A stretch of 64,000 bases of DNA from Paraspadella gotoi (GCA_051294375.1 CM119270.1:14730046-14794045); one strand, 5' to 3'. Counted from the first letter of the stretch, positions 14,122 through 60,071 are shown. Notes: generated by a model not told the origin, from the letters alone. Numbers and translations: made by a program.

Positions 14122-14948
14122 TTTTCCTTATACATTTCTCTTTTATTTATTTTTACCTCTTTTTTTGTCTCGTTTTCCTTCTTTATTCTTAAACTTTTTT
14201 TTTGCTACCCGATCAATATTCTTTCCATTGTACGAGTTTCTGAAGGAGTTTCTTTCTTTATTTGACATCTACTTTTTATAAAGAACAGTGATCAGGGATC
14301 ATGAACGAATACGACTGATGTTTGTCTGTCTTTTCACAAAGGTACGAAATATCATTTCAGGAAGTACTATCCTTTTTCGAATCATTGTTACTAATAAACT
14401 TTCGTTCTGAAAAACGTTCAAACAAAACTTAAGTATTATACGCGTTAAGCTACTTAATTCTTTGTCATATCTTGGAGTTATCGCCATTAAATAATTATTA
14501 TTCAATATCCACGTATAAAACTAAATTATTCTAGTGTGAGATATTAATTTTCAAAAAACTAGAATTAATGTTTACTGGTTCAAGATTAATTGTAAACAGT
14601 TTCCAGATTTTCCATGTGCGATTTCTGAGAAATGCTTAAAAATAGTTTATTTCGTAGAGTAAAGAGTTCCATCCGTCGAAGCTCATAACCCAGTCACAAA
14701 TGTTTGCAAAGAAACCTTTCAAGGGACGACGACGACGACGACGACGACAAACGACATTTCCCTCGTTGACGATTGACGGATTCTGGAATGACATGAAAAT
14801 GTTTGCAGCAACAGCGACGATGATTTCGTTATCCCGTTAACCAAATTCCTCATTTCATTCAAATTCAATTTTGTTTTGTCAAAATCAGGTCCGAATAAAA
14901 TGATGTTTTGGGTAATCGACCGATAGAGAGCTATCGACTTTGGGTTCT

Positions 14949-15057
<109 letters not shown>

Positions 15058-15251
15058 ACACACAGTTTATTTTCTCATGGATCAATGATCATTTCTTATT
15101 AAAAAATTTCAAATTCGTAAATCTCTCGCTCTTCCCTTCTCTCTTCTCCTCTCTCTCTCTCTCTCCCTCTCTCCCTCTCCTCTCCCCCCTCCTCTCCCTC
15201 CTCCTCTCCTCTCTCTCTCTCTCTCTCTCTCCCTCTCTCCTCTCTCCTCTC

Positions 15252-15290
<39 letters not shown>

Positions 15291-16613
15291 ACCCAGTGAT
15301 ACCCAAGCTTTCCTATTCCTTCGGAACCAAAAAAAAAAAAAAAGTCGGAGCAAATGGACGGATCAATTATCGGCGTCGCTCTCACCCTCGTTTGTCACGA
15401 AAAAGGGGGGCGGGATTCCGGCGCCGCTTCGAGGGAAGCGGCGCAGCTTACTCCGCCACCGCCGCCGCCGCCTCCGACGCTAACTCTTCCGTCTCCATCG
15501 TTCACGTCGTCGCCGCCGACTCCGCCGCTGCCGACTTCGCCGCCGCCGACTCCGCATCTGCCGACTTCGCCGCCTCGGACTCCGCCGCTGCCGTCCTCGC
15601 CGCCGCCTCTGCTGAACCCATCATTGTCCCGTCCAAGATCGGAGGGCATAACGAATTCGTGTGACAACGACAACGACGACAACAACGGACCAACGTCGAG
15701 ACCAGCGACGACAACAAAGTCGACGACGACGACGTGTTCATAAATCATTCGTGTATGAAAAGGAAAAAGGGCCTCCCTTTCTCGACCTCCTTCCACCCCC
15801 CACGCCCACCTTAATTAACCCCTCCTTCCTTTCCCCCCTCCTTTTCTCTCACCCACCTCACCCCCTCACGACGGAAAGTATCCCAACGGGTGAAACCGCC
15901 AGATGTGAAAATGACAAATAACGCAAATTGAGAAACCGTTGTATTCGGCCAAGAAAAAATTCCAAATTGCGAGTGAAATCTTTGAAAAAAAAAGAAAAGA
16001 AATATTTAAGAAAATGGAAAACTAGAAAAGGTTGAAATACAACCTGAGCAGTTAGTAGTAGCTAATGGAAGAATCGAATCGAACACCTTATCGCAAATTC
16101 ATCGATCCATATTCGTCCAATAAAAAATTTCGAAGTGAAAAAAGGGAAATATAAAGAATTCATGGTATGATTCTTAGTTTCATAGATTCATGGTTTTATT
16201 CATCATATTCATCGCTTAGAATTCGTCTTCCTCGATTAAAATAAAAATTCAGTCGCTTTGTGCTGCGTCGGCTACGGAATTTGAGATCAAAAGCGAAATG
16301 AACCGACGAACTAATAAATTATTTTAAAAATGTTTTTTTAAAAAAATGCGAACGAATGGAAAATGGCAGACGCGCGTTGCCTGCCATCTAACGGAATTTT
16401 TTTTCGTGACCCAAAAATAAAATGAACAACGGATTAAAAATGAACGGAAATAAAAATAACATAAAACGCAAAAAATAAAAATAAAAAAAAACCCTGACTA
16501 AGATGAAAAACTTGCTTTAAATTTTATAAAAAAAAAAAAGATTTAAAAACGAAAATCCAAAGTCCATTAAGCGATTAACGGTTTTCCCCCCACGTCGCCG
16601 ACAGGCGCATAAT

Positions 16614-16672
<59 letters not shown>

Positions 16673-17919
16673 GAGCATTAACAATAAAAAATATAAAAAA
16701 GCCTCTGAAAAATGCGGAAAATGTGGCGCCGTTGGATCGAAGCGTCAAAGCGGAAATCCGGAAGTGGCGCTCGGCGACCCGAAGCGACGACGACGACGAC
16801 GACGACGAGGACGACGAAACCCAAATATGGAAAGGGGAGCTTTGGATACAAAATAGCGTGTGAGTTTCGATGTCGTCGTTTTTATGACTCGGAAGAACCC
16901 GAACCGCCTTTTTTGTTTTGAAGGTTAGATCTTGTTTTGCCCTCCTTTGTTTTTCTTACTCTTTTTCCTCCGACTTTTCTCTCGTTTCTTTTCTTTTTTT
17001 TTTATTCTTTCTTTTCCTTCCCTTCGAAGGCTTCGATGTTTATTTTTTTGTTCGTACCTTTTACACGTTTAATACCTCTCCTATTTCTTTTCCTTCTTTC
17101 CTCCCTTTCTTCGCACCTTATTTCCTTTCTCTCTCCACTATTTATTTTCTTCGTCCTTTTCTTTTTTCTCTTCCTTCTCTCCTTACCATTTCTTTGCCCA
17201 TCCTTTCTTCCCTTCCTCCTCCCCTTGCAACCCTTTCCTTTCTTATTCCTCTCCCTTTCCTTTCCTTCTCTTTCCGTTCTATTAACAATGGCGACTCTCA
17301 CGACTCGGTGAAAACCTTCCCGATTTCTTAACGGTTCCCTTATCACGCGACTGGGAATTCGTTCTTCGACTCGAAGTCGACCCGATTCTCTGCTGCGCGC
17401 ATTTTTTTTCCCCGCGCATTTGTGCGCGCATATGTGCCAGCGATTGTGCGAGCGATTGTGCGAGCATTGCTTTCGCTCAAATCGGTTGTCAGGTTTTTGT
17501 TAATAACGCGATCTTGCGCGTTTTTGTTGTTTGAGTTCTTGTTTATTTCCAATATAAATATTTTTTATCTCGCGTTCCGAATAGCGCGCGAGTGAATTAT
17601 ATCTCTTTGGAAATATCGTCATTCACCGTCGAGCGAACACATCATGGGTTTTTCACAATTCTATTGACTATTGTTAAAAACATATAGATAAAAAATTTAA
17701 GCTAACTATTTTTTCTCATTTAACATTATTAATTTCCCGCTCGCGCTCGCGTTTGTGCGCGTTGAAAGAAAAAAAAAAACGCGAATTAGATTTTTTACGT
17801 TTATTTTGTCGAGTGAAAAATATTATTCATTTTTTTCTGTTTTTAAAACAACAATTTTTCTGGCAAATGAGTTTTATAGACCCTCATTTTGTACCGCAAG
17901 GCTTTGATCGTCATTCTAA

Positions 17920-18012
<93 letters not shown>

Positions 18013-18061
18013 GCTTCAACCTCTCTCTTTCAGGATCTCCGATCTCATCGACGCGTCAAAT

Positions 18062-49725
<31,664 letters not shown>

Positions 49726-50898
49726 GTAAGTGATTTAGGAGCCTGGGGATTAATGGGCAGAGTGGATCGGAAAGTGTCGAACGAGAGAGATCTTCAAGTT
49801 CCTCGGAATTTCGCGGACGAATTTTCTTCGGGTGGAAAACCCGGGAGAAAGGATGGAGCAGATGTGATAGTATAGATGTACAGTAGTTCAGGAGAACGAT
49901 ATGTTAATTAGTAAAACATTTCAATATGTCAATACCTTTACCTTCTTCACTGGTATAATGAGCATTAACTCTTAGAATGAGGCAATTTTTTTGTGGGTCG
50001 CAATTAGTTCTGTACCAACGACTATGAATTGTCCAAAATACTAGTTCGTGGTTTTGCCAATTTCACGTAGCACCTGCGGCACCTGTAGTACAGGTAGTAC
50101 AGGTAGTACAGTACAGGTAGTACAGGCTGTACATCAGATCTCGCTTCTGTCTTCAGCAATTAAGCCACATATTTCGGCGGGAGAGGGCGTGGGCGGCGAT
50201 GAACCAGAAATCGGCGACATTCATTAGCGAAACTTGTTCCGCACTGACAGTGACAGCTGACGATCGATCAATGGTGTTTTTCCTCGCGTGACGATTCGAA
50301 AAAAAGAACATTTTTTTCTTCTTTTTTTTCAATGAGCGAAAAAAAGAAAATCTGGGAAGAAAGAACGAAAGAATGAAAGAATGAAATTCCTTTCTTATTC
50401 GATAATCGATAAATATCTTGACTGAATTGTATTGTGTAGAATTCATAATGTTCGAGTCTTTGATTCGAATATTCATCTGTTTTTTTTTTTTTATATCATT
50501 CGTGCAGAATTAATTCGACATCCGGATGGTTCTCGCCCTTTACTATATCTCTGTCCGTTTCGCTATCTCTCTCTTTCTCACTCTCTCAACTGGAGACTTC
50601 TAGGAATTTTTTTTTACTTGTAGTTTCACGTCAAATCTCATTTGAAATGCTCTCGAACTCGAGGGTTTCCCTCTACTACCCAACCGATTCGGCCGTAGTA
50701 ATGGCCCTTTCAAGGAAATGTATTTTCGTTTTCTTTGTAAATTAGTTGAAGCATTTCTTCGGTGCGCAAACGAATTCTCCGTTGTAGAAACATTTTTCGT
50801 CATTACGAGAGTTCGTACGAAGAAGCGTGGATTTTTGAAAAGCCTTAAGTAGAGAGGATGAGAGAGGGGGAGGAAATGCGTGGAGCGGAAAAACGTCG

Positions 50899-50943
<45 letters not shown>

Positions 50944-51624
50944 AAAAGAAGAGAGAATTTCTTGTCACGAAATTTTTGAGAACTACTCGTTTGCTAAAGT
51001 GACTGCGTGGGTGAGGAGACTGGCTGAGTACGAGGAGATGAATGTGGCCGGATGTGTAAAGTGAGAGAGAGCGAGAGAGAGAGATTCTTTTCAAACCAGC
51101 TAGCAGCAATACATAGCATTTTAAAAAAGTGACAATAATAATGTAATAAATATTCAATCCTTCCTTTTTTCTTATTTCTTTCGAACAAAGTGACACTTTA
51201 CCAAAGCCCACAATAAATCTTGCCCGCTTTCTTCTTTTCCTTTCAAGTTCGGAGCAAATTAGGCAGAGTTTTTCAGTTTCCATTTTTTACTTTTTTTCCT
51301 TTAACGGTTATTTCTCCGACTTCAAACTCTTTTAAGACGGTTTTTACCGAGTTAAAGTTACTCGCTTATTGCGCAGCCTGAGCTCAACCATTTACTTCAG
51401 TATAAAAAGAATAAAGTATGACCAAATAAAAAAAAGTATTTTTTTTTATATTTCAACAGAACACAATAACCGTTTTTATATTATGATCAAAATGTTCTAT
51501 TTTTTTTAATCGTCAATGAGGGAGAGAAGAACGCAATATTTTTTTGAGTATTGATTTCCAGTCTTTTCTATCTATTCAGCTTTTTCTTTCTCTTGTCTTT
51601 CTAGTCTTTTCTGTCTTTTCGCTA

Positions 51625-54227
51625 TCACTTTGTCGAGCAGACCGACGGCTTCGTTCCCGGAATTTCGTCACAAACGAGTTTGCGAAGATCTTCGTTGGCG
51701 CTGAATACAAAAAAGTGAAAAACATATTTCGTGAAATTCACATCAAAGATTCTTCACAGTTGCCAAGAAAAAAAATAAGTATGCTTTTCTAGCTCAACGA
51801 AAGTCTTACGACCAAAGAAGCAAAAAAAAGTAAACGAATATGAAATAACCCATAAAATGCCTAAAAGTACCAACTGAAAATGAAAGCTCGCTAATTATTT
51901 AAACTCACTTGAAGTTATTTTCTGGTCCTTTTCGATTATTGACGTAGATCCACGGTACGAAAGCGTATTTCAACTGAAGCGATCACGACAGAGGGAAAAA
52001 AGCTAGTAAGTAATGAAAGGCAAATGCTACATTAAAAACATACAAAATTACATAATACATATAATAAAAATAAGACGAGGACGGAAATAATTTATTGTTT
52101 AGTCACTTTTGATGTTTTTGATTTTGTTCAGAAGTTGTCAGTTTTGGTCGTTTAGATTTTTTATGCCGTTTTGAGTTTTCGTTCATTTGTTATGGCTTTA
52201 TATTGTTTCTTTATTTCTTTGTTTCTTATATCTTTGTTTTGTTTGGTTTTTATCATTTGTATTTGCGGTTTTGGCGTCGTTGCTCTGACTCACCTTTGGC
52301 GTTTGCAACGCAATCTGGTGTTGAAACCCGTTGCCCTCATTTCCCGAGACGCATTCTGTTGGGAATGATTAAAGCAATGAAATGGTAATGTTTTTTGTAC
52401 GAATTAATGAATGAATGAATGAATTCATTGATGAAAGGATAAATGGAATTCAGCTAAACGTCGAACTAACGACGAAAACAAAGTTAAAATAGAAGGGACG
52501 ACACCGATTTTAAAATACTAAGACAACAGCAATTATAACTACGTAAATGGGACGACCAAGTCAACAACTAAAATTGAAACTAACCGGAAATCCTGTTCCA
52601 GTCGAGGTCATTTTTGAAGGCGCAGTCTTGAGCGTCGCTGACCGAGTCTCTCGACGCGTCCATTTGGCAGAAGACAAAGGGAAGTGACTCACTCGTGTTT
52701 CTGATAACGAATATCATATAATAAATGTTTGATATTAAATATTAAATATTAAATATTAAAATGATTACTTCGTTTCCATGCGATTATCATTTGAGGAGCG
52801 TTGGTAAACAAAAAATTTAAAAATTTTAATATCTGAATCGTGAATACTGAATATAGTTTTGAAAAAATTAATTTTCTAATGAAAATCGCACGACAAGCTT
52901 TAAGTATAATCCAATCTCGCGTTTTACAATCGCTCTACTGACAAATTAATTAACTCAAAGCCCCTTGACAAGACCCACTTGTAAATATTGAGTGCGCAAG
53001 AGGCAATGAGATTTCCCTGGCACTCGTGGGCGCGGTGTTGACACCGGAAGGTCCAACGTCCGGTCGAGGGTACGTACGTCTCCGACGCTTTGCCGTACGG
53101 AAAAAGCCGGATTGTCACGAAGTCCTATTGAAGAGCGCGACGAGAAATGGGGGAGGTGGGTTGGGTTAGAAGGAATAAAGTGAGGCGTTTTAAGTTTGAG
53201 TTTAAATTATTTCATCAACCTGTCTTTTGATTGGTGAAACTCCCATGAAACTCACCGCCAAGTCTTCCCACGTAGGTTTCAACTGCTTGGCGATGAAATG
53301 CTTGCTGTCTGGACAATCGACCTCGTAGAAAACCGATATTTCAGCTTTCTGAGCTGTCCTAATAAAAGTCGTAAATTTATTCGCGTGATATAAATAAATA
53401 AAAGCGGTAGGTGTTGCATTATTTATACACATATATATATATATATAATTGAAGTATCAGTAAGACACTGAAACTTACAGACAGACAGATTAACTAACAC
53501 ATCTTCGACATCAATCTTTTGCTTTTATGGTTATATGGTTTTATTACCGCAATTTTTTACGTCAGTTTACTGCGAATTTGATATAAACTCACCCATAAAA
53601 CTGTCGAGACTCACCCGCTGAGCAAAGCGTCGAGGTTCGTCTGCTGGGATCTATCAACTGATGGATGTGGGAAGAGATGGGAATAGTTGGAAGAAAATGG
53701 GAAGAGATGGGAATAGATGAGAAGAGATGGGAGGAAGTGGGAAAAGATGAGAAGAGATAGGAGGAAGTGGGAAGAGATGAGAAAAGATGGGAGGAAGTGT
53801 AAAGAGATGAGAATAGATGGGAGGAAGCGGGAAGAGATGAGAAGAGATGGGAAGAAGTGAGAAGAGATAAGAAGAGATGGGAGGAAGTGTAAAGAGATGG
53901 GAAGAGATGAGAATAGTTGGAAAAAAGTGGAAAGAGATGGGAAGAGATGAGAAAAGATGGGAGGAAGTGGGAAGAAATGTGAAGAGACGGGAAGAAGAGG
54001 GAAGAGATGGGAAGAGATGAGAAGAGATGGGAGGAAGTGGGAAGAGATGAGAAAAGATGGGAGGAAGTGGGAAGAGTGGGACGTGTGAGGAAAAGAGTAA
54101 AAGAGGAAGGAAGAGAGGGAGGAAAAAAGAAAATGTTAAACGCTTTAAAGTTATATTTAGATCTCATGACAATACCAGAAAAAAGGGTCGCCATGACGAC
54201 GAAGAATAATCCGTGAAGCGTCTTCAT
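51625..54227 (-). CDS. GILT: GILT (gamma-interferon-inducible lysosomal thiol reductase)-like paralogue 2, CXXS type; exons 54227-54176, 53657-53615, 53358-53256, 53124-52979, 52700-52585, 52355-52294, 51973-51909, 51700-51625
   Basis: Signal MKTLHGLFFVVMATLFS; AEISVFYEVDCPDSKHFIAKQLKPTW; IRLFPYGKA; GILT signature variant FRCQHRAHECQGNLIASC; LPFVFC; FVPWIYVN; LRKLVCDEIPGTKPSVC*. All junctions GT-AG and phase-consistent. Confidence 0.93.
53660..54078. repeat. Purine-rich 10/30-bp minisatellite in GILT-2 intron 1
   Basis: gaagagatgg/gaggaagtgg/gaagagatga periodicity; it generates the spurious 212-aa ORF. Confidence 0.9.
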
Positions 54228-54544
54228 GATTCTTTGCGACGGCGCGTCTGTGAGTTTGCTTTTGAAAAGTTCGCATTAGTGGTTAAGTTCAATTTACAAA
54301 ACAGTAGCGTTCCACCAGTTGAATGAAGAGACAGAAAAATTATAAAAAAATCATCAAAGAGAGAGAGAGAGAGAGAGAGAGATATTTAGGAAAAACTCCC
54401 GTGTCACCGACTGTGCAGTATCTGCATTATTAAATTGGTCTTTGCAGTTTAGTGTAAAAAGTACAAGGGGCTTTTGTTGTCGCTGAGCTAAGATTTATTT
54501 CACCCCAATGACATTCGTCGCTCGAAACTCGGTTGAGGTGAGAG

Positions 54545-54589
<45 letters not shown>

Positions 54590-55767
54590 AGTGTCAAAAG
54601 TCAAGAGTCAAGTCGCGGTCAAATGACCATTATCTTTGTTAACTATTGGCAACTTAGTAATTTTTTTTCAAAATCCATTAAAAATATATCCAGTATTTTC
54701 CGTCTTCATCAGTTTTTGTATAATTTAAAACCTGATAAATTTGTGTGTAAAAATATAAATGTTACGAGTCTGAAGAAATAAAGAACAAATAATGAAATTG
54801 AATTATTCAAGTTTTAAAGATAAAAATCATATTAATCTTTTATAAAAGCCAAAGATAATAATATACTTGTGGTGAAGTTTAATAAACTTTCGTTAATGTA
54901 GTTTTTGACGTGTGTGAAGAAAAATATTTTCGTAATTCTAAATCAGACCCAAAAAATTAAATGAGAAAAATACCATAAATTATGGAACACAAAACAAAAA
55001 GAAAACAAAAAAAGAATGAAAAACCTCGTTTCTTGTTTTCGGCCAACGACCCGTTTTTCGATGAGGGCCTTGGATGTTCGTTTTTCATGTGGGTCGCCTC
55101 CCCTCAGATTTTTTCTCAGACTTTCCGTTTCACTTAACCATTTCGATAATTTTTTTTTTAAAACTGTAATGCATAAAATTATAGCTCGTGAAATAAGAGT
55201 AGTACGCGGGCAATAAGAATTCTTATTACGGCTTGGTAATATTTTATTGTCAGTGTATTTCGGCCACAACTTTAAGAGAATATTCATGATAATCAGACGA
55301 TGTAAATCTTACACGTAATCTGTAATGATACATGTCAGTTGCCAAATTCTTTTTTCCGGGTCTTTTCATTTTGTTTTGATTAATATGAAGTGTGTTTAAT
55401 TTTCCCGAGAATGAAGCAGCTGGTTTTGATCGAGGTTTCCAAAATCATTGAATATTTTTTTCACGACTCAAATGAAAATTTAACTCGGGACCCTTTATTT
55501 GAAAACCCACCTTTTTAAGCTTAAATTCTGCTTTGATCCTCTTTCTAGGTATATGTTTTGGTACGCGTGACTATTTTCTTTAAAAAAAAAAACACGAACA
55601 GCCAATACTTAATGTTAAAATATAATTTGGATACGCTTTTTGACATAATGCTCGAGGGAATAACGTTTACTTGTTGGAAACTCAATCTCTTTAAATAGTA
55701 AGGTTTCAGCTGATCTTTAGTCAAACGGAAAAATCAGAGAAAATTGAAAATTGATTAAAAATTGATT

Positions 55768-57730
55768 TCATTTCCAGCAGATGAGCTTCTCTGGTTCTTG
55801 AGTGCAGACTGAAGGCTTTGGATCGGGAATCGTTTCGCAGACTAGCAACTTCAAGTGATCTCGCGCTCTGATAACGTGTGAAAATTTTTAAATTAGTATG
55901 AAATATTCACAAAAAAACTATATATAAATTATAGTTTAGTTTATTTTAGAAACTATGATTTGTAAAAAAAACTAACTTAGTTTGGAGTGCTAAGCTGTCG
56001 TCACCGTTGAAAATGATCCAGGGTACATATTCGTGCTGTGAGTTGAAGTTTCGTCTCATCAGTTGTTTTATTTAACTTGTGCTTTTTTCTTATCGAACAC
56101 ATTAAATACTTTTTTTAAATTTTCAGTTAATATAATTAAAGTGAATACAAAAATCAATCCATACTATCAATTTATATAAATAATTTTTTTATTTGATTAC
56201 CTTAGGAGTTTCAGTCGCGATTATGTGCTGATATCGCTTTCCTTCTGACCCAGTTATGCACGCTAAAAAATAAAACAAATCATTTTGGTAATTTAAAAAT
56301 GTGTTTGAGTCTTTGAGAGCAGAATTTTTATTTTTAGTCGGCTATTTTTTGTCATTTACCTTCCAATTGGGACAAATCTTGTCCGTGTTCAGTGGCACAT
56401 TTTTTATAATCGTTGATCGGATCATTTTTTTCCATGCAGTGGATGAACGGGAAATAGTACTCTTCCTGTCTGCCGATATAAACAAATAATTAAAGTATTA
56501 AACAAATTAACAAAAAACTGAAGCAAGTCCCCCCCAGAAACAGAAACAACTGAGCTGTAACAGTTTAAGAATTAAGATATTAAAAAAATCAAAGACTTTT
56601 ACACAAACCGGTTGTTTAAAAAAATGGCGCAAGACTCGATGACATTGCCATGACATTCCTGGGGTCCGTGTTGACAGTAGAAGTCCCACTGTCCAGTTTT
56701 ATTGTTTTTTACCTCTTTGGCGTTTCCGTACGGCAAAAGTTTCACAGTCATGTAATCCTGAGTAAAGATATAAAAATTAACCGATAAATATGATATAAAA
56801 ACGTGAAAGTACAAACAAGCACAAAATTAACGATAATAAACTGAGACGAAAAACCAACCAATCCATCTATCAGTCAAATTGGATGTACGTAAATGGATAG
56901 CAATTATTCAATAATTGAGAATCAATCGAAATCGTTCGATATTAAATAAGACGCGCCTTTAAGAGTTGATACGTGGGCCATAATTGCGTCTTGATAAAGT
57001 AACGACATCCGGGACAGTAAGACTCAAAGGCGAGAGTGACGTTGACTGGTTTTTTGGCGGCCGAAGGGAAAAATCCATTTTGTCTGAAGAATAAGAAGGT
57101 AAATGAGAAAGGGTAAAAGAATTGATGAATGAGAATTATAACGAAATATGAGAATGAATAAGAAAAATGAGAATTAGAAAGAAAAAAAAACAATGAAGGA
57201 ATTGTTGCTTTCTCGTTCTACAGTATTTACAGTATTTACTGTACATAAAAAGCAGCGGTTTCTTCTTTTTTCTATATCTGGCATCGTCTGGATTTCCTCG
57301 CTTCCCCTCCATCACCTGGCGAACTCCCTCGATTCCCGGCACATCTCCAAGACGCCGCAGCGACGAGCAGTTTCATCGTCGCGGCACCACCTGCTCGGGG
57401 GCTCATTACACTCTGGAAAAGACAGAAATTTGGGACTTTTATCAATCTCTCTTTCTCTTTCTCTTTCTCTCTCTCTCTCTCTCTCTCCTCTCCCGTCTCA
57501 TCTCTCTCTTTTCCTCTCTCTGTCTCTGTCTCTCGAGATTTTCAGGCGATTTTTAAAAATGCAAATTTAATTTGATTTTCAACCTTGTTTATAATTAATA
57601 ATTTCTTATTATTTTATTTCTTTTCCTTTTTTCGTTCCCTTGTTGGTTAACCTGTTGCGGACGCAACGCCGACCGCAGCGATTACGAAGACGACGACGAC
57701 GACGACGACGACAAAATTCGAGACCCGCAT
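55768..57730 (-). CDS. GILT: GILT-like paralogue 1 with N-terminal saposin-A-type domain and intact CXXC; exons 57730-57652, 57412-57316, 57083-56957, 56757-56609, 56469-56360, 56262-56201, 56035-55977, 55867-55768
   Basis: Poly-Val signal peptide; ECNEPPSRWCRDDETARRCGVLEMC (SapA pattern); VNVTLAFESYCPGCRYFI; LLPYGNA; FYCQHGPQECHGNVIESC (canonical CQHGxxECxxN); FPFIHCME; HEYVPWIIFNG; LKLLVCETIPDPKPSVC. Intron phases are identical to paralogue 2. Confidence 0.95.
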
Positions 57731-58030
57731 TTTTGTTTTTTCCTTTAAGATCTTTCGTTCTATTTATTATTTAATTAGTTTTAAAAAATAAAAGAAGACG
57801 TCAATTTAAAAATCTATTTTCTAAAGCGGAATTTCAAGTTGGTTAAACTAAGAATAAAAACTAAAAGATAAGAATATATAGTAGTAAAAAAAAGAGAGAG
57901 AGAGAGAAGAAAAAAATAAATAAAGAAAGGAAAAAAGAAAAAAGAAAGAAAGCAAGAAAGAAGGATAATAAATAAATAGATAAAGAAAAGAGAAACTTAG
58001 TGAGAAAAGAGTTTTATAGGGAGAAAAGAG

Positions 58031-58124
<94 letters not shown>

Positions 58125-58360
58125 CTACTTAAAAAGAAGATGAAAACGTGGATGTGTGTTTTGTGACTAATATGGAATTGAAATTGTTTACAAATAAAAT
58201 ATTGGAAAAACCGGTTGTAGTTTTAGAAAAACCTGAGAGCGAGAGATGATTTAACTGTTTTAAATCGATCCTCCCCTTTTCCCCTCGTGATCCCGGTGAG
58301 TCAGAATGATAAGACAGTGAGAGATAGAGAGAAGAGAAAGAGGAGAGAGGAAGAGAGAGA

Positions 58361-58419
<59 letters not shown>

Positions 58420-59989
58420 ATATCTCGGTCGAAGCAAAACCGATTTCTTCAACCCTGAATCGAAGGGCAAAAGGGAAAACAAAAGATCGATATCACGACC
58501 TCAAGTTAACCTAAGGATTCTTTTGGATTGGATTGATTCTTCTTGATTCAGGAGATTGAAGTGCAACTTCGTGCTCACAAAGCGCTCGGAGAAAATCGGT
58601 GAGCATTCGAAATAAAATAAAAAGTTTTATTTTACAAAGTACAACGATTCTTAGTACGTCACATATGTAATTATGTATATCTTAAAATTAAGATTCAACT
58701 TAATTAAATCCAAAAGAAAAATTACCGTATAAAATTTGTTTAAGAGATTTGTTTGTTTTTTTCTAAATTAAAATAAAATGAAAATAAGGACCGTCCATCG
58801 AAGATTTTCTTTTCCTTTCCTTTTCTTTCTCTCCCCTTTCCTTTTTTGTCTCCCTTCCCCCTTTCCCTTTTTTTTTTGGACCAAGGACGCAGAATAAATA
58901 TTTTCCCCAGATGATAATCGTTCGATGATGAAGCTTTTCACGACCGGTGGAGCCGAGAATTATGGGCGACGAGTGAATGGAACCGCAGTTGCTGGACGGA
59001 GAACCCAACTTCTTCGGTTGTGAATGGATCATTTGGCGAATTCGAATGCGAGGAGAATGTGAAGGAGGATATGAGAGGAAAATGAACAAACAAACTCGAT
59101 TTACAGAGTGAGCAAAAAGACTATCAAACCAAAAATTCACTTGAAAAAAAAAAAAGTATTCCGATTTTTTTAGATAAACTTGAAATCTCAATTAATTACT
59201 TTCCAACATGATATCTGATTAGAAAAAATATTTTAGCTTGATTGCTTGATTGCTTGTTTGCTTGAATTCTCTGCCGTCGGGACAATACTAGGATTCGTAG
59301 ACCTATATCATATTATATCATATTAATAAAATAACTGTGCTGATTTAGAATTTATGTACATCTTCATAATTATCTATTTAATTTTTTTTTCCGGGAGAAT
59401 AATAATAATTTTACGCGAGATAGTATGAGATAGTACAACAAATATTTTGTTCCTATTGTTTTAGGAACAATGCAAAATGCAATATATTTATAGTATTATC
59501 GTTATAAAATAACAAAAATTAAAATTAATTCTTTGAAATTTTTACTAAAATTATAAACATGTTATCAAAAATTCGGATGTCTTCAGTGTCAAAAACGGAA
59601 AAAAGATCAAAATTTTTCATTTTTTCACTCTCTGTACTAGAAATAATTACGTGATAAAACGTTTTTGTCTTTTTCGTAGAATTAACATTTAAACAACATA
59701 TAACATAGTTTACAATATTTGATGACGTTTAAAGAATATTTTACGTTTTTTTTTTCTTTTTCTGACGAATGCGAATCTGTTCTTAAATATTAAAAAAAAA
59801 AAAATCATTTTGACATTTTACAACTTTACAAAATAAAATTGAGTTAAAGAATTTTCTTTTCTCACGAATTCTTTGGAAATTTCAAATCTTCGCTGTTTTT
59901 CCAGTCATTCACATTTCATTTCACCTCAACACAATTTTTTCCATTCCATTTTCCCGGCGCGTCTCTTTCTTTGACGTGCTTTAACCGAC

Positions 59990-60071
59990 CTGAAGCGGCG
60001 CCAACGTCAATAGCAGCGACGACGACGATGACGACGATGCCGACGACGATGACCACGTCGAACCTCTGCAT
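59990..60071 (-). CDS. Orphan first exon encoding a Val-rich signal peptide (downstream exons unresolved)
   Basis: aaaaATG; MQRFDVVIVVGIVVIVVVAAIDVGAAS-G|gtcggt (phase 1). Unspliced, it continues RLKHVKERDAPGKWNGKNCVEVK* to 59916. Confidence 0.45.

Noticed and set aside
53589-54227. 212-aa repetitive ORF
   Set aside because: GILT-2 exon 1 read through into an intronic minisatellite.
56040-56068. Minus-strand CTGATGA-GAC-GAAAC hammerhead-like motif
   Set aside because: No stem II or stem III can form; it lies in the branch-point/acceptor region of a GILT-1 intron.
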